Shown: piece by piece, positions 1 through 11,108 of the stretch
How positions within the stretch are numbered: the first letter of the stretch is position 1
How the letters are laid out: every line of letters starts with the position of its first letter
IMG/VR virus record: IMGVR_UViG_3300003375_000020
Span: 1-64,000 of that record
Source: a virus
Taxonomy: Duplodnaviria; Caudoviricetes
DNA: 64,000 bases
Direction: 5' to 3' (one strand)
Translations under genes and position numbers: made by a program
The notes under the pieces: model-generated
What the model was told of the DNA's origin: nothing
Seen by the model: the letters and a program-made list of their open reading frames with translations, nothing else
Databases searched by the model: none

Positions 1-216
1 AGAGCAAGTAAAGGAATAGTTATATGTGAGAATATAGAAACAGGAGACAAAATAGAAGCGGGATCTGCTCTTCAAATGTCTAAAAAATTAGGCAATATCC
101 ATTATTCAGTTATACACGAAGCTTTAAATGGATCTAACTATGCTAATTATAAACCTAGATCTAAACGCAGCAAATACTATAATTTCCTTCAGACCCATAA
201 AATATACTATAAATAA
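1..216 (+). CDS. Partial ORF (3' end), probable NUMOD1/HTH DNA-binding tail of a homing endonuclease
   Basis: Frame 1 is open from base 1 to TAA 214-216 (RASKGIVICENIETGDKIEAGSALQMSKKLG...), resembling C-terminal NUMOD-type domains. Confidence 0.45.
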   Translation, partial: RASKGIVICENIETGDKIEAGSALQMSKKLGNIHYSVIHEALNGSNYANYKPRSKRSKYYNFLQTHKIYYK

Positions 217-256
217 AAAAATTGTATTTGTATATTTATAATAAACAAAACAATTT

Positions 257-1018
257 ATGTCCGAATCAAAATTTATGGTGCCTACTGAAATGGTAGACTT
301 GCCAACAAAAGGATTATTATATCCTCCAACCAATCCATTAGCATCAGGAAGTGTAGAAATTAAATACATGACAGCTAAGGAAGAAGATATATTGACCAAT
401 GCGAACCTGTTACGTCAGGGCTTAGCTATTGAGAAGATGCTTAAGTCTGTTATTAAATCTCCAATCACTTACGAGGACCTCATTATGGGAGACAGAAACG
501 CTATCCTAATAGCAACAAGGATCATTGGATACGGTAAAGATTACCTTTTAGAGGTAACAAATCCAAACACAGGAGAACTAGAAAAAGTAAACGCTGATTT
601 ACAAACATTAAAATATAAGGAAATTGATTTTTCTGTATTTAATAATGGCGAAGTTACTTACGAATTACCTTACACTAAAAATACGGTAACTTTTAAAATG
701 TTAACTATAGCTGATGATAAAAGAATTGATGAAGATTTCAAATCCATTAAAAAAGTATTGGGCTATGAACCAGGAGCAAGTGAAAGATTAAAATATCAAA
801 TCACTTCAATAAATGGGGATAGAGCTCACAAAACAATTGTTGATTTTATCGATTCAGGTGCTTTATTAGCAAGAGACGCTAATCCCTTAAGAAGATACAT
901 AGCATCAGTTACTCCAGACGTAGATATGACAACTACGGTTACATTAAAGGATGGTACTCAATTAGAAGTCGATGTACCTATGACAGCAGAGTTCTTTTTT
1001 CCCGGATTTGGTTCTTAA
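257..1018 (+). CDS. T4 gp26-like baseplate hub / tail assembly chaperone
   Basis: VDLPTKGLLY and VEIKYMTAKEEDIL motifs; lies two genes upstream of the tape measure gene. Confidence 0.7.
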   Translation: MSESKFMVPTEMVDLPTKGLLYPPTNPLASGSVEIKYMTAKEEDILTNANLLRQGLAIEKMLKSVIKSPITYEDLIMGDRNAILIATRIIGYGKDYLLEVTNPNTGELEKVNADLQTLKYKEIDFSVFNNGEVTYELPYTKNTVTFKMLTIADDKRIDEDFKSIKKVLGYEPGASERLKYQITSINGDRAHKTIVDFIDSGALLARDANPLRRYIASVTPDVDMTTTVTLKDGTQLEVDVPMTAEFFFPGFGS

Positions 1019-1032
1019 TTAATCTAAGGAAT

Positions 1033-1341
1033 ATGGAAAAAATTAAACATTGTCCGTTATTCCCAGGCCCAGAATATAGACGAGTCTTTATGAATGAAGT
1101 CTTCGAACTTACTTATCATGGGGGAGGAGGTTTCAGTTACTCAGAGGTGTGGAATATGCCGGTTTCACACCGTCGTTACAATCTAAAAAAGATTAACGAA
1201 TACCTTGACAAAGTTGAGGAAATGAGAGAACGCGATAAAAAGTTGACGAATAAATCTGATCTAACGGAAGTTAAAATACCTGAACACGTGAATAAAGCTT
1301 CACAGAAAGAGCCCACGTACGTATCTAAGATCAAAAAATAA
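1033..1341 (+). CDS. T4 gp51-like baseplate assembly chaperone (possible frameshift extension of the upstream ORF)
   Basis: FELTYHGGGGFSYSEVWNMP motif; immediately upstream of the tape measure gene. Confidence 0.6.
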   Translation: MEKIKHCPLFPGPEYRRVFMNEVFELTYHGGGGFSYSEVWNMPVSHRRYNLKKINEYLDKVEEMRERDKKLTNKSDLTEVKIPEHVNKASQKEPTYVSKIKK

Positions 1342-1375
1342 TGGTTGATATTTATATCTAAGAAAATAACTTTAG

Positions 1376-3853
1376 ATGGCAGACACTACTCCAAATGAAC
1401 AATCAGGACAACCTGAATTTAATATTTCAGAAGCTAAAGTTCTTAAGACTCTTCTTAAAGACATAGCTAAAGATGGGGGATATTATAAAGATAGTTTAAA
1501 AGAATCTGTAAAAGAGTTAGATAAAGTACTAAAAAACTATTCTAAAATAGGAGCAAAATTATCTGCTATTAATGAGTCAGCTATCAATATAAAAGATTTA
1601 GAAAAAGAGATCAAATCTACTACTGAGAAAAGATGGGAAAATGATAAAAAATTATTATCATTAAGCGATAATTTAAAAACCTCAGAAAAAAAACAAGCTG
1701 AATCTTATTTAAAAAACATATCTGATAGAGCAATTGCTGAAGCAGCTTTTAATCAAGCTAGAATTAAAGATGATTTTTCTTTAATGGAATCTTTAAATAA
1801 AGCTATAAATAGATATGATAAAGTTATTGCAAAAAAAGAGGACATGATGTCCATCGACCAATTAGAATATGCGCAAGCTAAAAAAACTCAAGAGACATAT
1901 GATGAGACTCAAAAAAGATTATTGACTCAAAAAGTCATAGAAAAAGACATAGCGAATCAAATTGGTCTTTCTGGTGGAGCTGTTATGAAATTAGCTAAGA
2001 ATTTTGGTATTGGAGAACAGGCTGCAGAAGCTATGGTCAAAAAAGCCAGAGATCTAAATAAAGAAGGTAAAAAAATATCATTAGCTGATAAATTTAAAGT
2101 TCTTAAAGATGTAGGAAAAGATGCTATTAAAAAAACTTGGGAAGATCCTTTAGGAAGAGCAGCTATAGTTGCTGCAGGATTGGGTCTTGCTTTTAAAGGA
2201 ATTGGAAAAGCTGGGAATCTTGTAGGTTCAACTATAGGAAATGCAGGAAAAGCTATGGGTGGATTAAACGAAAATTCTACAGGTGTAGTATCTAATTTGA
2301 CAAGTGGATTTTCTGGAATGTTAAAATCTCTTCCTTTAGTAGGTGGATTAGTAGGAGGGATTGTAGATGGACTTTCTGGAGTTGCTGATTTATTATTGGG
2401 TGCAAATGATCAAATAATTAAGGCAGGAAGAAATTTAGGTCTAAGTAGGGGTGAGGCAGAAAAAATGGCCAATCACTTCCAAGACGTATCGTTTAGAAAT
2501 AACGATATATACGTTACTTCTAAAAAATTAATGGACACTCAAGTTTCTTTGGGCGCTCAATTGGGAATTAACAATCAATTAACAGACGAACAACTATCAA
2601 CTTTAACCAAATTAAAGGACATAGCAGGAATAGACGAACAAACTCAATTAAGCATAGCGGAGAGCTCTACTATTACGGGTAAAACTGCAAAAGAAACAAC
2701 TCAAGCAGTTTTAGCACAAGTAGTTGGATTACAAAAAGCAACAGGGATAAGTTTAAATCAAAAACAAATTTTAAAAGAAGCCTCTTCGTTGGGCGGTTAT
2801 TTAGGACTTTCTTTCGCTAAATACCCAGGTCAATTATCAAAAGCTTTAGTAACTGCAAAATCGTTTGGTTTAGAATTAAAACAATTGGATTCAATAGCCG
2901 ATTCGTTCTTAGATTTTGAATCAAGTATTTCAAACGAGTTTGAAGCACAATTATTGACAGGAAAGGACATTAATTTAACCAAAGCTAGGGAAGCATTTTT
3001 AAATAATGATTTGGCCACAGCTGCAGGAGAAATAAGTTCTCAAGTTGGTTCTTCTGCCGATTTCATGAAGATGAATAGAATCCAAGCAGAATCATTGGCA
3101 AAAGCCATGGGTATGTCAAGGGATCAATTAGGCGACATGCTTAAAAAACAAGAAATATTAGCCAATATTGGTGCAAAAGAAACTGATAGTTCTGCGAAAC
3201 AGTTCGAACTTGCAAAAAAGAAATACGCAACTCAAAAAGAATTTAATGCCGCTTTAGGAGATGAAGCTTTCCAAAATATGCAAAACGCTTCTACACAAGA
3301 AAAGATTGCTGCGTACATGGATAAATTAAAAACTTCCATCGTTGATTTTGTTGAAAGATCTGGTTTAATTGATAAAATAGAAAACTTTATAAATTATTTA
3401 TCGAATCCTCAAAATATGCAAGGAGTTTTAAATACAATCAAAGGAGTTATTGCTAGTGCAATAGAGTTCTTTGGTGGAGTAGCTTCTAATGTTGCTTCTT
3501 TAATAAGTCATATGCCATTTACTGATACTCAAAAATGGCAAAATATAGCAGATAAAATAGATCAAGGCACAAATATAGCAGCAGAATCAGTTAGAGGAGT
3601 TGGAGGAAATACTTCAATGGAAGGTGGTTCATCTATAACAGATAGAACCGCAAAAGCCATGGCCCTTTCTGGAATTTCATACATACCAAAAAATATTGCA
3701 AATGAAGGTAATTCTGTTGACAAAAGTATAAATTTTCAAATAATACAAAAACCTGGAAATAAACCAGGAGAAATGTTGTATAGAATAATTAATGAAGACG
3801 GAGGTGCAGTATTATATGATTGGCAATCTGGAGTTTACGGATTAACAAAATAA
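1376..3853 (+). CDS. Tail tape measure protein
   Basis: 825 aa, helical and A/K/E/G-rich; DFESSISNEFEAQLLTGKDINL motif; tail module context. Confidence 0.8.
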   Translation: MADTTPNEQSGQPEFNISEAKVLKTLLKDIAKDGGYYKDSLKESVKELDKVLKNYSKIGAKLSAINESAINIKDLEKEIKSTTEKRWENDKKLLSLSDNLKTSEKKQAESYLKNISDRAIAEAAFNQARIKDDFSLMESLNKAINRYDKVIAKKEDMMSIDQLEYAQAKKTQETYDETQKRLLTQKVIEKDIANQIGLSGGAVMKLAKNFGIGEQAAEAMVKKARDLNKEGKKISLADKFKVLKDVGKDAIKKTWEDPLGRAAIVAAGLGLAFKGIGKAGNLVGSTIGNAGKAMGGLNENSTGVVSNLTSGFSGMLKSLPLVGGLVGGIVDGLSGVADLLLGANDQIIKAGRNLGLSRGEAEKMANHFQDVSFRNNDIYVTSKKLMDTQVSLGAQLGINNQLTDEQLSTLTKLKDIAGIDEQTQLSIAESSTITGKTAKETTQAVLAQVVGLQKATGISLNQKQILKEASSLGGYLGLSFAKYPGQLSKALVTAKSFGLELKQLDSIADSFLDFESSISNEFEAQLLTGKDINLTKAREAFLNNDLATAAGEISSQVGSSADFMKMNRIQAESLAKAMGMSRDQLGDMLKKQEILANIGAKETDSSAKQFELAKKKYATQKEFNAALGDEAFQNMQNASTQEKIAAYMDKLKTSIVDFVERSGLIDKIENFINYLSNPQNMQGVLNTIKGVIASAIEFFGGVASNVASLISHMPFTDTQKWQNIADKIDQGTNIAAESVRGVGGNTSMEGGSSITDRTAKAMALSGISYIPKNIANEGNSVDKSINFQIIQKPGNKPGEMLYRIINEDGGAVLYDWQSGVYGLTK

Positions 3854-3864
3854 AAAATTAAAAA

Positions 3865-5766
3865 ATGCCATTAGTAGATTTAAAAACATCTCTAAAAAGT
3901 TTAAAATTTGGAAAAGATAGACGAGGTGGCGGAAATTCTGCACAACCGTATGAAAGATTCTCCATTCCAGATTTACTTGCTACACCACTAATAACAGATT
4001 TTTGGCAGAATAATGATACTAATATAGATTACCCACTTAGAGGAGGAGGATTATATAATGGTCAATCTTATACATTAAGTGGACAAATAGACAAAGATAG
4101 AATCAGTAAATTTTTTAAAGATTCTCCTAGAGGCACTGCTTTTATACAAAAACAAATTGGATTACAAAAATCTAATCCAAAAATGGAAACTGGTACCGCC
4201 AACGTAACTCTTTCTAATATACAAACTTTATTAGGTAGTTTTGGCGCAACATTTGGATTTCCTGCAGGATTGGGATCTACTTATGGTGCTGGAGGAAATA
4301 ATCAAGTTTATAATGATGGAAGAAATACGCTAGCTCAAGTTTTATCTTCAGGAACTGGAGTTCACATTCCAAGAGCAGGAGCAACTCCAATAAATTTATC
4401 TGCTAAATATTATACAGATATAGTTGGAAGTCAGATATACACTACTGATGACATAACAAAAGTTAATAGACTTCTTATTTTACAGAATTTAAAAGTTAGA
4501 TCAAATTTAAAAGCAAATCAAGCTGTTAGATTAACAAATACTAATATGTTGGCTACAGTAACTAATTTTGGAATATCAACTAGAGCTAGTATATTATTTG
4601 ATTATTTGGGTGGCCCCGGATCTACATATGGAGATGGATCTACTATTATTAGAAGATCAACAAATAGCTCTGATGGATATGATTTAACTCAAAGAAGAGT
4701 TGATTTATTTCCTGGAGTATTTACTATGGCCTATGATAAAATAGCGAATAATAAAGAATCTACAAAAAATCCTGGAGAAAGAACAGGATATTCTAGAAAT
4801 AATAGATCTTCTCTTATACAAGATTTTAGACAAGAAATTCCTGGAGTTGATTATTTAGCTTGGGATTCTACTAAAGGAGTTGATTATAGATTTTATGATA
4901 AAGGAACAGATAAATTAAATGCTCATTTAGCGTACGAATTAACATATAATGATCCTTTTACTCAGAATAATAATGAAACTGATGATATGATTAAATTTGG
5001 TTTCGAATGTATGAGTAATGATCAATTTGGATTTTCAACGCCTTTAATATTTAGAGCTTTTTTAAATAAAGGTATTAGCGATAGCAATACAGCTCAATTA
5101 AATCCCTTTAAATATATGGGTAGAGGAGAAACATTTTACACATATCAAGGATTTGAAAGATCAATTTCTTTTGGATTTAAAATAGTCGCGTTTTCAAAAG
5201 ACGAATTATTTCCTTTATATAGCAAATTAAATTATTTAGTTTCTCAAGTTTATCCGGATTACTCTACAACTACCGGAGTCATGAGAGCTCCTTTAATTAA
5301 ATTAACCATCGGTGATTATGTATATAGAATGCCAGGATTTTTATCATCAATAAATTTAAATATTGATGTTAATGCTCCATGGGATTTAAACGAGGATGCA
5401 GATAGCGCTCAATTACCTAAAATTATAGATGTAGATATAGATTTTAAACCAATATTTGATGAACTTCCTAGAAGATCTACTACGTTAGATGAATACGGAA
5501 ATATCAATCAAGCAGTATTAGTAGGAGATCTTTCTTCAAAATCTAAAGTTATTCCTAGAAGTCAAGAAAATGTAATCAGCACTCGTACTCCGATAAGCGG
5601 AGTTCCTCCTGCTGCTAGAACTGATACTAATTTTAATCCCGATTCTAAAAATATTTTAATAAGAAGTCGTAATTTGGGTAATATTGTTAATACTACTTTA
5701 ATTCCTCCAATTAAACCTGTAAATGTAACGCTTCCTTTTACTAATGCAATAATTCCTAATAAGTAA
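3865..5766 (+). CDS. Baseplate / tail-tube initiator-like protein (gp48/gp54-like C-terminal domain)
   Basis: YMGRGETFYTYQGFERSISFGFK...APLIKLTIGD...PWD pattern; follows the tape measure gene. Confidence 0.6.
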   Translation: MPLVDLKTSLKSLKFGKDRRGGGNSAQPYERFSIPDLLATPLITDFWQNNDTNIDYPLRGGGLYNGQSYTLSGQIDKDRISKFFKDSPRGTAFIQKQIGLQKSNPKMETGTANVTLSNIQTLLGSFGATFGFPAGLGSTYGAGGNNQVYNDGRNTLAQVLSSGTGVHIPRAGATPINLSAKYYTDIVGSQIYTTDDITKVNRLLILQNLKVRSNLKANQAVRLTNTNMLATVTNFGISTRASILFDYLGGPGSTYGDGSTIIRRSTNSSDGYDLTQRRVDLFPGVFTMAYDKIANNKESTKNPGERTGYSRNNRSSLIQDFRQEIPGVDYLAWDSTKGVDYRFYDKGTDKLNAHLAYELTYNDPFTQNNNETDDMIKFGFECMSNDQFGFSTPLIFRAFLNKGISDSNTAQLNPFKYMGRGETFYTYQGFERSISFGFKIVAFSKDELFPLYSKLNYLVSQVYPDYSTTTGVMRAPLIKLTIGDYVYRMPGFLSSINLNIDVNAPWDLNEDADSAQLPKIIDVDIDFKPIFDELPRRSTTLDEYGNINQAVLVGDLSSKSKVIPRSQENVISTRTPISGVPPAARTDTNFNPDSKNILIRSRNLGNIVNTTLIPPIKPVNVTLPFTNAIIPNK

Positions 5767-5768
5767 TT

Positions 5769-6077
5769 ATGTTTAATAGATATCAAAATACATACGCTAC
5801 AAAATCTCAATCTACTGGAAGTTTATATTTTGTTAATACTATATATCCCGATATCCCAGTTTCAGATAACGATAATTATGTTATAACAGTAATGGGTGAT
5901 AGATTAGATATACTTGCTCAAACATATTATCATGACTCTGATTTTTGGTGGATATTAGCGTCTGCGAATTCTTTAACTGGGGATTCTTTATATCCTCCAA
6001 TAGGAACTCAATTAAGAATACCTACTGATATATTATCAATAGTGACTAGTTATAATCAAATAAATTCTGTAAGATAG
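5769..6077 (+). CDS. LysM-like / gp53-like baseplate wedge protein
   Basis: GDRLDILAQTYYHDSDFWWILASAN...GTQLRIP motif. Confidence 0.75.
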   Translation: MFNRYQNTYATKSQSTGSLYFVNTIYPDIPVSDNDNYVITVMGDRLDILAQTYYHDSDFWWILASANSLTGDSLYPPIGTQLRIPTDILSIVTSYNQINSVR

Positions 6078-6078
6078 A

Positions 6079-9000
6079 ATGGATAATAAAATATCTAATA
6101 TAATAGGTGCTGCTCTACCTCAATGGTTAAAAAAACAATTGTGGACTAGATACACAGAAAATTCATTGAAAAATAGATCTGATGCTAATTTAATATATCT
6201 AGCTAATAAAACAGCATGGATAAGAGTTGTATCTTCAGTTAATATAAATGGAAGTATAATAGATTCATCTCAGAATAAAGATCTTTCTTTACTTGGAGAT
6301 ATTCAATATTTTAGAGATACTTTGGGACTTACTAATATAAAAGAACCACAAGATTTAGCAAAACAATATATTTTATTTGGCGGAACATCTAAATATCTAG
6401 GAGCAAATAATCAAACTGCAAATTATCAATTAAGATCAGGAATAGATAATGATGGTTCATATGCTATGTTGGGAGAAAATGAAGTTAGTCAATATGGATA
6501 TCGTCCAATGCCTGGAATAACTGGTGCTCAGATAGAAACTCAAGGTAGATTAGGATCAGTTAGAATGGCAACTATAAATTTTAAAGTGTGGGATAAAGTT
6601 CAATTAGATATTATAGACACGCTTTATTTTAAATTAGGATATACTATATTAATAGAATGGGCAAACACTATTTATCCAGTGAAAGATGAAAAAAACGGAA
6701 ACGTAGAATATAATTCATCAGAATTTTTTTCTATTGATCCATTTGCCTTTGGTGCTACTAAAGAATCTATAAATGCTCAGATAGGAATTAATATGAGGAA
6801 ATCTGAAGGGAATTATGATGGTATGTTAGGAATGGTAACTAATTTTAATTTTACTTTTAATCAAGAAGGCGGATATGATTGCTCGATTAAAGTTATAGGA
6901 TTGGGAAGTTTAGCAGATACTATAAAAATTAATCATGCATCATCTTTAGAAGAAGTCGCTAAAGATCAAATTAAAAATTATGTAAATTTAATAGATAAAC
7001 TAGATGCAGAAAAAGCTTATAAAGAAGCTAAAGAAAAACAAGATTTACAAAATAAAATAATTGAAATACAGAATAATCAAAAAGTAGAAGATTTAAAAAG
7101 TAAATCTCCTGATTATATATCTTTAATTAGTCAAAATGCGAGTGCATATACATATTATATAGATTCTTATGGATTTGCAAACAATAAATTTAATTATAAT
7201 ATAGCGCCTTTTTCAAATTATGGAGATGTATATACTGTAGAAAAATTAAAAGCTATAATTGCAACTAACGAAACTTATTTAAAGGGTACTTCTGTAAAAT
7301 TAGACATAGCAAAAGCAAATTCAATCTTTGATGTAATAGTACCAGGCGCAACTATCGCTGATGCATTTTTTACATATGATAAATCCCCTAATCCAGTAAA
7401 AAATAAAAATTTTGGAGTTTATTCTTCTGGAAGTATAGAAGTAAATAAAACTAGTGATAGTAGAGCATTTTCTAAAATTGAATATATTAGTAATAATATT
7501 ACAAAAAAACAATTAGAGTTCGTAAATTTTTCAAAAAATCCAACATTCGCAATAACTTTTGTAATTGCAGGACCTATAGAAATTCAATCTTCTAATAATC
7601 AACCACTATTTCAAAAATATGTAGATGATAGAAAAAATTATACTAAGATTAAAGATACTGAAACAGATCCTCTAAAACGCGGCGATCCTAAATCTTTTGT
7701 AAAATTTAAAGACGGAGATATAATAGCAAAAAAATTATATGATGATCCTGGAACTGTAGAATTTATAAATAAAAAATTTGATTCTGATTACAACAATGGA
7801 AGTTCTATTAAAGAAGTGATTTTTGAAGTAATTAATAATCCTAATACTGAATGGAAAATAAACAATGTTAGTATTTCTTATAATGATTCGCAATTACCAA
7901 ATTTTAGTTTAAAAACAGATATAAAAATAGATGTTCCAGTATTTGCTTTAACAACAATATCAGCCACAAATCAATCGGGATACGCTAATGAATTAAAAGT
8001 AAATAAACAATCAACATTTATAACAGTATTTATTATTATTAATGATGTTGGATTAATAGCTGATATAATTTTTAATAGCGAAAAGCCTCAACAAAGTATA
8101 GATTTTGAAAAAGTTAAAATACAACAAGAAAATCAAAATCAGATTACTCATACGGAAATAAAAATACAAATACCAGATGAAGCAACTAAAACGCAGCAAG
8201 TTGAATCAGCTTTAAAAAATCAATCTAATATAGAATTAGTTCTAAGAGCAATTGAAATGTATTCTCTTAGTAAAAATTTAGCGCAATCTAATCAATCCAT
8301 TGATAATCCACAAATGTCAGCATTTAAATTAACTAGCGCTGATAATCTACTGTTTTTAAAAAATATATTTTCTAATGGAATTTATAGAGAATTTTTTTAT
8401 GATTTAATTTCTTCTAATGGTATTACAATAGATAATGCTTGGGGAAGTGGAGAAACATACATACAAAATTATAAAAAAAGTCCTGATAATGAAAAAATGC
8501 AAGTTCTTGCAAAATATGGATTTGCTAGTGCTATATTAGGAGGAAATGAACAGGGCATAGCAGGAGGTACTGAAGGAGTGCCTAAAGTAGATTACGAAAA
8601 ATTATTAGTTTCTTATGTTATTCCATATAATCTAAATGATTCTACCGCTGGAGATATAAGAATCGTGTATCCTACATATATACAACTAGGATTTTTACTT
8701 ATGATAATAAATGATCTTTGTACTATTTATGAAGCTGGTGAAGATGGAATATCTAAGCATCCAAAACCAATAGTTTATATAGATTATAATCCTGAAACTA
8801 ATAGATGTTTGAGTCAACAAGCTCAATTTAGTACCAATCCATTTGATTTCATGATAAAAAATCAATGTCATGTTCAAAAATATGCAGAACTTTTTCCATC
8901 TTCTATCATAGATAAAAATAATAATCAAATAGCAAAATCAAGTGAAGCTAATTCTACTCCTACAGATTTATTTGATGTGTCTAAAGATGATTACTATTCA

Positions 9001-10404
9001 AGTCAAATGCCTAATTTTAGAGAAGATAACAATTATAGTGGAAAACACATGAGAGTTTTAGTTAGTATAGAATATATTTTAAATATAATAAAAGAGTATA
9101 CTAAAAATGATGGAACTAATAGCGTTTATTTAAAACCATTTCTAGAGAGATTATGTAAAGATATGAATAATTATTTGGGAGCAATAAACGTGTTTAGGGT
9201 TGCTTATTATGATTCTTCTAATACGTTGTGTATAGTTGATGATCAGGTTCAACCTCTACCAAAAGGTCAAACGTCAGTAGATATAAGTAATAAAAATAAT
9301 AACGGCCCTGATTCAGATGAATTACCTTTATATGGACTTACATCTATAGCAAGATCTATTAGTATTCAAACAGAAGTTAGTAGTAAATTAGGGAGTATGA
9401 TCGCTATATCAGCTAATTCTAAAAGTGAAGATCAAGCTTCTATGGGTAAAAATGCAGGAAGTTTTGGATTTTATAATACTGCATATAAAGATAGATATAT
9501 ACCTACAAAAACTACTGCTACAGATAAAACACTAGATGATAAAAAAAATAAAATTGATAATAAATTAGATTCTCTAATTTCAGCTGCGACTATGTTTAAT
9601 AATACTATAAAAAGTATTTATGGAAGTAGAAATCCATCAAAAGATAACATAACGCAAGCTACAAATTTTTATATTGATAGTATAAATAAAGTACAAAACA
9701 ATAATCCAGCTACTAGAGCATCAGTAATGATTCCAGTATCTGTAACATTCACAACTGATGGAATTTCAGGATTTCATATGGGATCAGCATTTACCATTCC
9801 TGAAAAAATGTTACCATATACTTATTCTACTAGAAAAACTCCTGAAATGAGAGAGGGTAAAAAAGTGGGATTTGCATCTGTAGGCGTAAGTCATACTATT
9901 GCGAATAACACTTGGGAAACTTCTATAAAAGGACAAATGATATTTTTAAAAGATCCAAATGAATTTTCTGGAGAAGTATCTCAAATACAATATACTACAA
10001 AAAAACTTCCTTCTACAACCACGAATAATATAATACCAGATACATATGTATCAGCTGGTAATAATGGTATTAGAGCATTAGCTACTGTATATGGATATCC
10101 TGGAGATACTACTGGTGATCCAAATTCTTTAAAAGCGATAGGAAATAGAAATAATAAACTTATAGAAGGATCCTCGGTAGCTTTAAAAGAATCAACAGCG
10201 AAATATTTAAATATACTTTTAGGAGGTAAAGTTAAAGTTACATTTAAAGATAATACTACTGGTATATTTAGTTACGATGATACAATTCCTGAATATGATG
10301 CTGGAGTTAGAGTAGATTTTTATCAACCTAAGATAAAAGCAAATGGTAATATACTTACTGGATTTAAATATAATGGAGATAGTATAATCGTAGAAAAAGT
10401 ATAA
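6079..10404 (+). CDS. Baseplate hub / central spike protein with C-terminal 3D (DPBB) cell-wall hydrolase-like domain
   Basis: 1441 aa; RPMPGIT, LGYTILIEWAN and YDGMLGMVTNF hub motifs; C-terminal ATVYG...YDDT...RVDFY. Confidence 0.6.
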   Translation: MDNKISNIIGAALPQWLKKQLWTRYTENSLKNRSDANLIYLANKTAWIRVVSSVNINGSIIDSSQNKDLSLLGDIQYFRDTLGLTNIKEPQDLAKQYILFGGTSKYLGANNQTANYQLRSGIDNDGSYAMLGENEVSQYGYRPMPGITGAQIETQGRLGSVRMATINFKVWDKVQLDIIDTLYFKLGYTILIEWANTIYPVKDEKNGNVEYNSSEFFSIDPFAFGATKESINAQIGINMRKSEGNYDGMLGMVTNFNFTFNQEGGYDCSIKVIGLGSLADTIKINHASSLEEVAKDQIKNYVNLIDKLDAEKAYKEAKEKQDLQNKIIEIQNNQKVEDLKSKSPDYISLISQNASAYTYYIDSYGFANNKFNYNIAPFSNYGDVYTVEKLKAIIATNETYLKGTSVKLDIAKANSIFDVIVPGATIADAFFTYDKSPNPVKNKNFGVYSSGSIEVNKTSDSRAFSKIEYISNNITKKQLEFVNFSKNPTFAITFVIAGPIEIQSSNNQPLFQKYVDDRKNYTKIKDTETDPLKRGDPKSFVKFKDGDIIAKKLYDDPGTVEFINKKFDSDYNNGSSIKEVIFEVINNPNTEWKINNVSISYNDSQLPNFSLKTDIKIDVPVFALTTISATNQSGYANELKVNKQSTFITVFIIINDVGLIADIIFNSEKPQQSIDFEKVKIQQENQNQITHTEIKIQIPDEATKTQQVESALKNQSNIELVLRAIEMYSLSKNLAQSNQSIDNPQMSAFKLTSADNLLFLKNIFSNGIYREFFYDLISSNGITIDNAWGSGETYIQNYKKSPDNEKMQVLAKYGFASAILGGNEQGIAGGTEGVPKVDYEKLLVSYVIPYNLNDSTAGDIRIVYPTYIQLGFLLMIINDLCTIYEAGEDGISKHPKPIVYIDYNPETNRCLSQQAQFSTNPFDFMIKNQCHVQKYAELFPSSIIDKNNNQIAKSSEANSTPTDLFDVSKDDYYSSQMPNFREDNNYSGKHMRVLVSIEYILNIIKEYTKNDGTNSVYLKPFLERLCKDMNNYLGAINVFRVAYYDSSNTLCIVDDQVQPLPKGQTSVDISNKNNNGPDSDELPLYGLTSIARSISIQTEVSSKLGSMIAISANSKSEDQASMGKNAGSFGFYNTAYKDRYIPTKTTATDKTLDDKKNKIDNKLDSLISAATMFNNTIKSIYGSRNPSKDNITQATNFYIDSINKVQNNNPATRASVMIPVSVTFTTDGISGFHMGSAFTIPEKMLPYTYSTRKTPEMREGKKVGFASVGVSHTIANNTWETSIKGQMIFLKDPNEFSGEVSQIQYTTKKLPSTTTNNIIPDTYVSAGNNGIRALATVYGYPGDTTGDPNSLKAIGNRNNKLIEGSSVALKESTAKYLNILLGGKVKVTFKDNTTGIFSYDDTIPEYDAGVRVDFYQPKIKANGNILTGFKYNGDSIIVEKV

Positions 10405-10407
10405 ATT

Positions 10408-11049
10408 ATGCCCATAAGATATTATCCTACATTTAGAGTTAAAACGAATCAAATTACACGAGGTAAAGAATTTTCCATTAATGGAAAGCCTTATGTTGGG
10501 CTTTATTATTCTACTTACGATGGTAAATTTTTTACAGGACCTAATCCTAATTTAGGACCTAATGAAGAGTTAAGTAAAATATCTTCTTATAATAATTCAA
10601 ATCAAGGATTACAGATTTTACAAAATTCACAAGGAAGTACAAAATTTGTTACTGGATTATCGGCGATTACTGATAACGCAAATAATGTACAAAAAAACAT
10701 TATTTCATTTTTTCCAAGACCAATTCAAAGCGATTATGATTTGGGTTATATAGATAGATTTTTTGTTAAGCAACAAAATAATAGCGGATATATAACAGAA
10801 ATATCTAATTTGCAATACACAGAAATAGTTAATGGCGCAGTTGGATATAATGTATCTTTATTACAAACTTTAAATATAAGATGGAAATTAACAGGACCAT
10901 TAAATTCAAAGAGACTAAGTCAATATGATGTTAGAGCAGGTATAATAGATACGAATAAAAGATTGGTAGAACAAGCTAATCCAAATTTTTTCGGTATAAC
11001 AGAATTTATAGGTGGAAATTACTCTAAATTCGCTAAACCTACTGAATAG
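10408..11049 (+). CDS. Hypothetical virion-associated protein
   Basis: 213-aa ORF ending the structural operon. Confidence 0.5.
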   Translation: MPIRYYPTFRVKTNQITRGKEFSINGKPYVGLYYSTYDGKFFTGPNPNLGPNEELSKISSYNNSNQGLQILQNSQGSTKFVTGLSAITDNANNVQKNIISFFPRPIQSDYDLGYIDRFFVKQQNNSGYITEISNLQYTEIVNGAVGYNVSLLQTLNIRWKLTGPLNSKRLSQYDVRAGIIDTNKRLVEQANPNFFGITEFIGGNYSKFAKPTE

Positions 11050-11078
11050 ATATATTTCTAACTATCATTATGATAGCT

Positions 11079-11086
11079 TATATTTG
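11079..11086 (+). promoter_or_regulatory. Bacteroidota-type -7 promoter box (TATATTTG)
   Basis: Exact TAnnTTTG match 22 nt upstream of the first replication gene. Confidence 0.5.
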
Positions 11087-11108
11087 AATTCAATAAAGGT
11101 TATATGGC

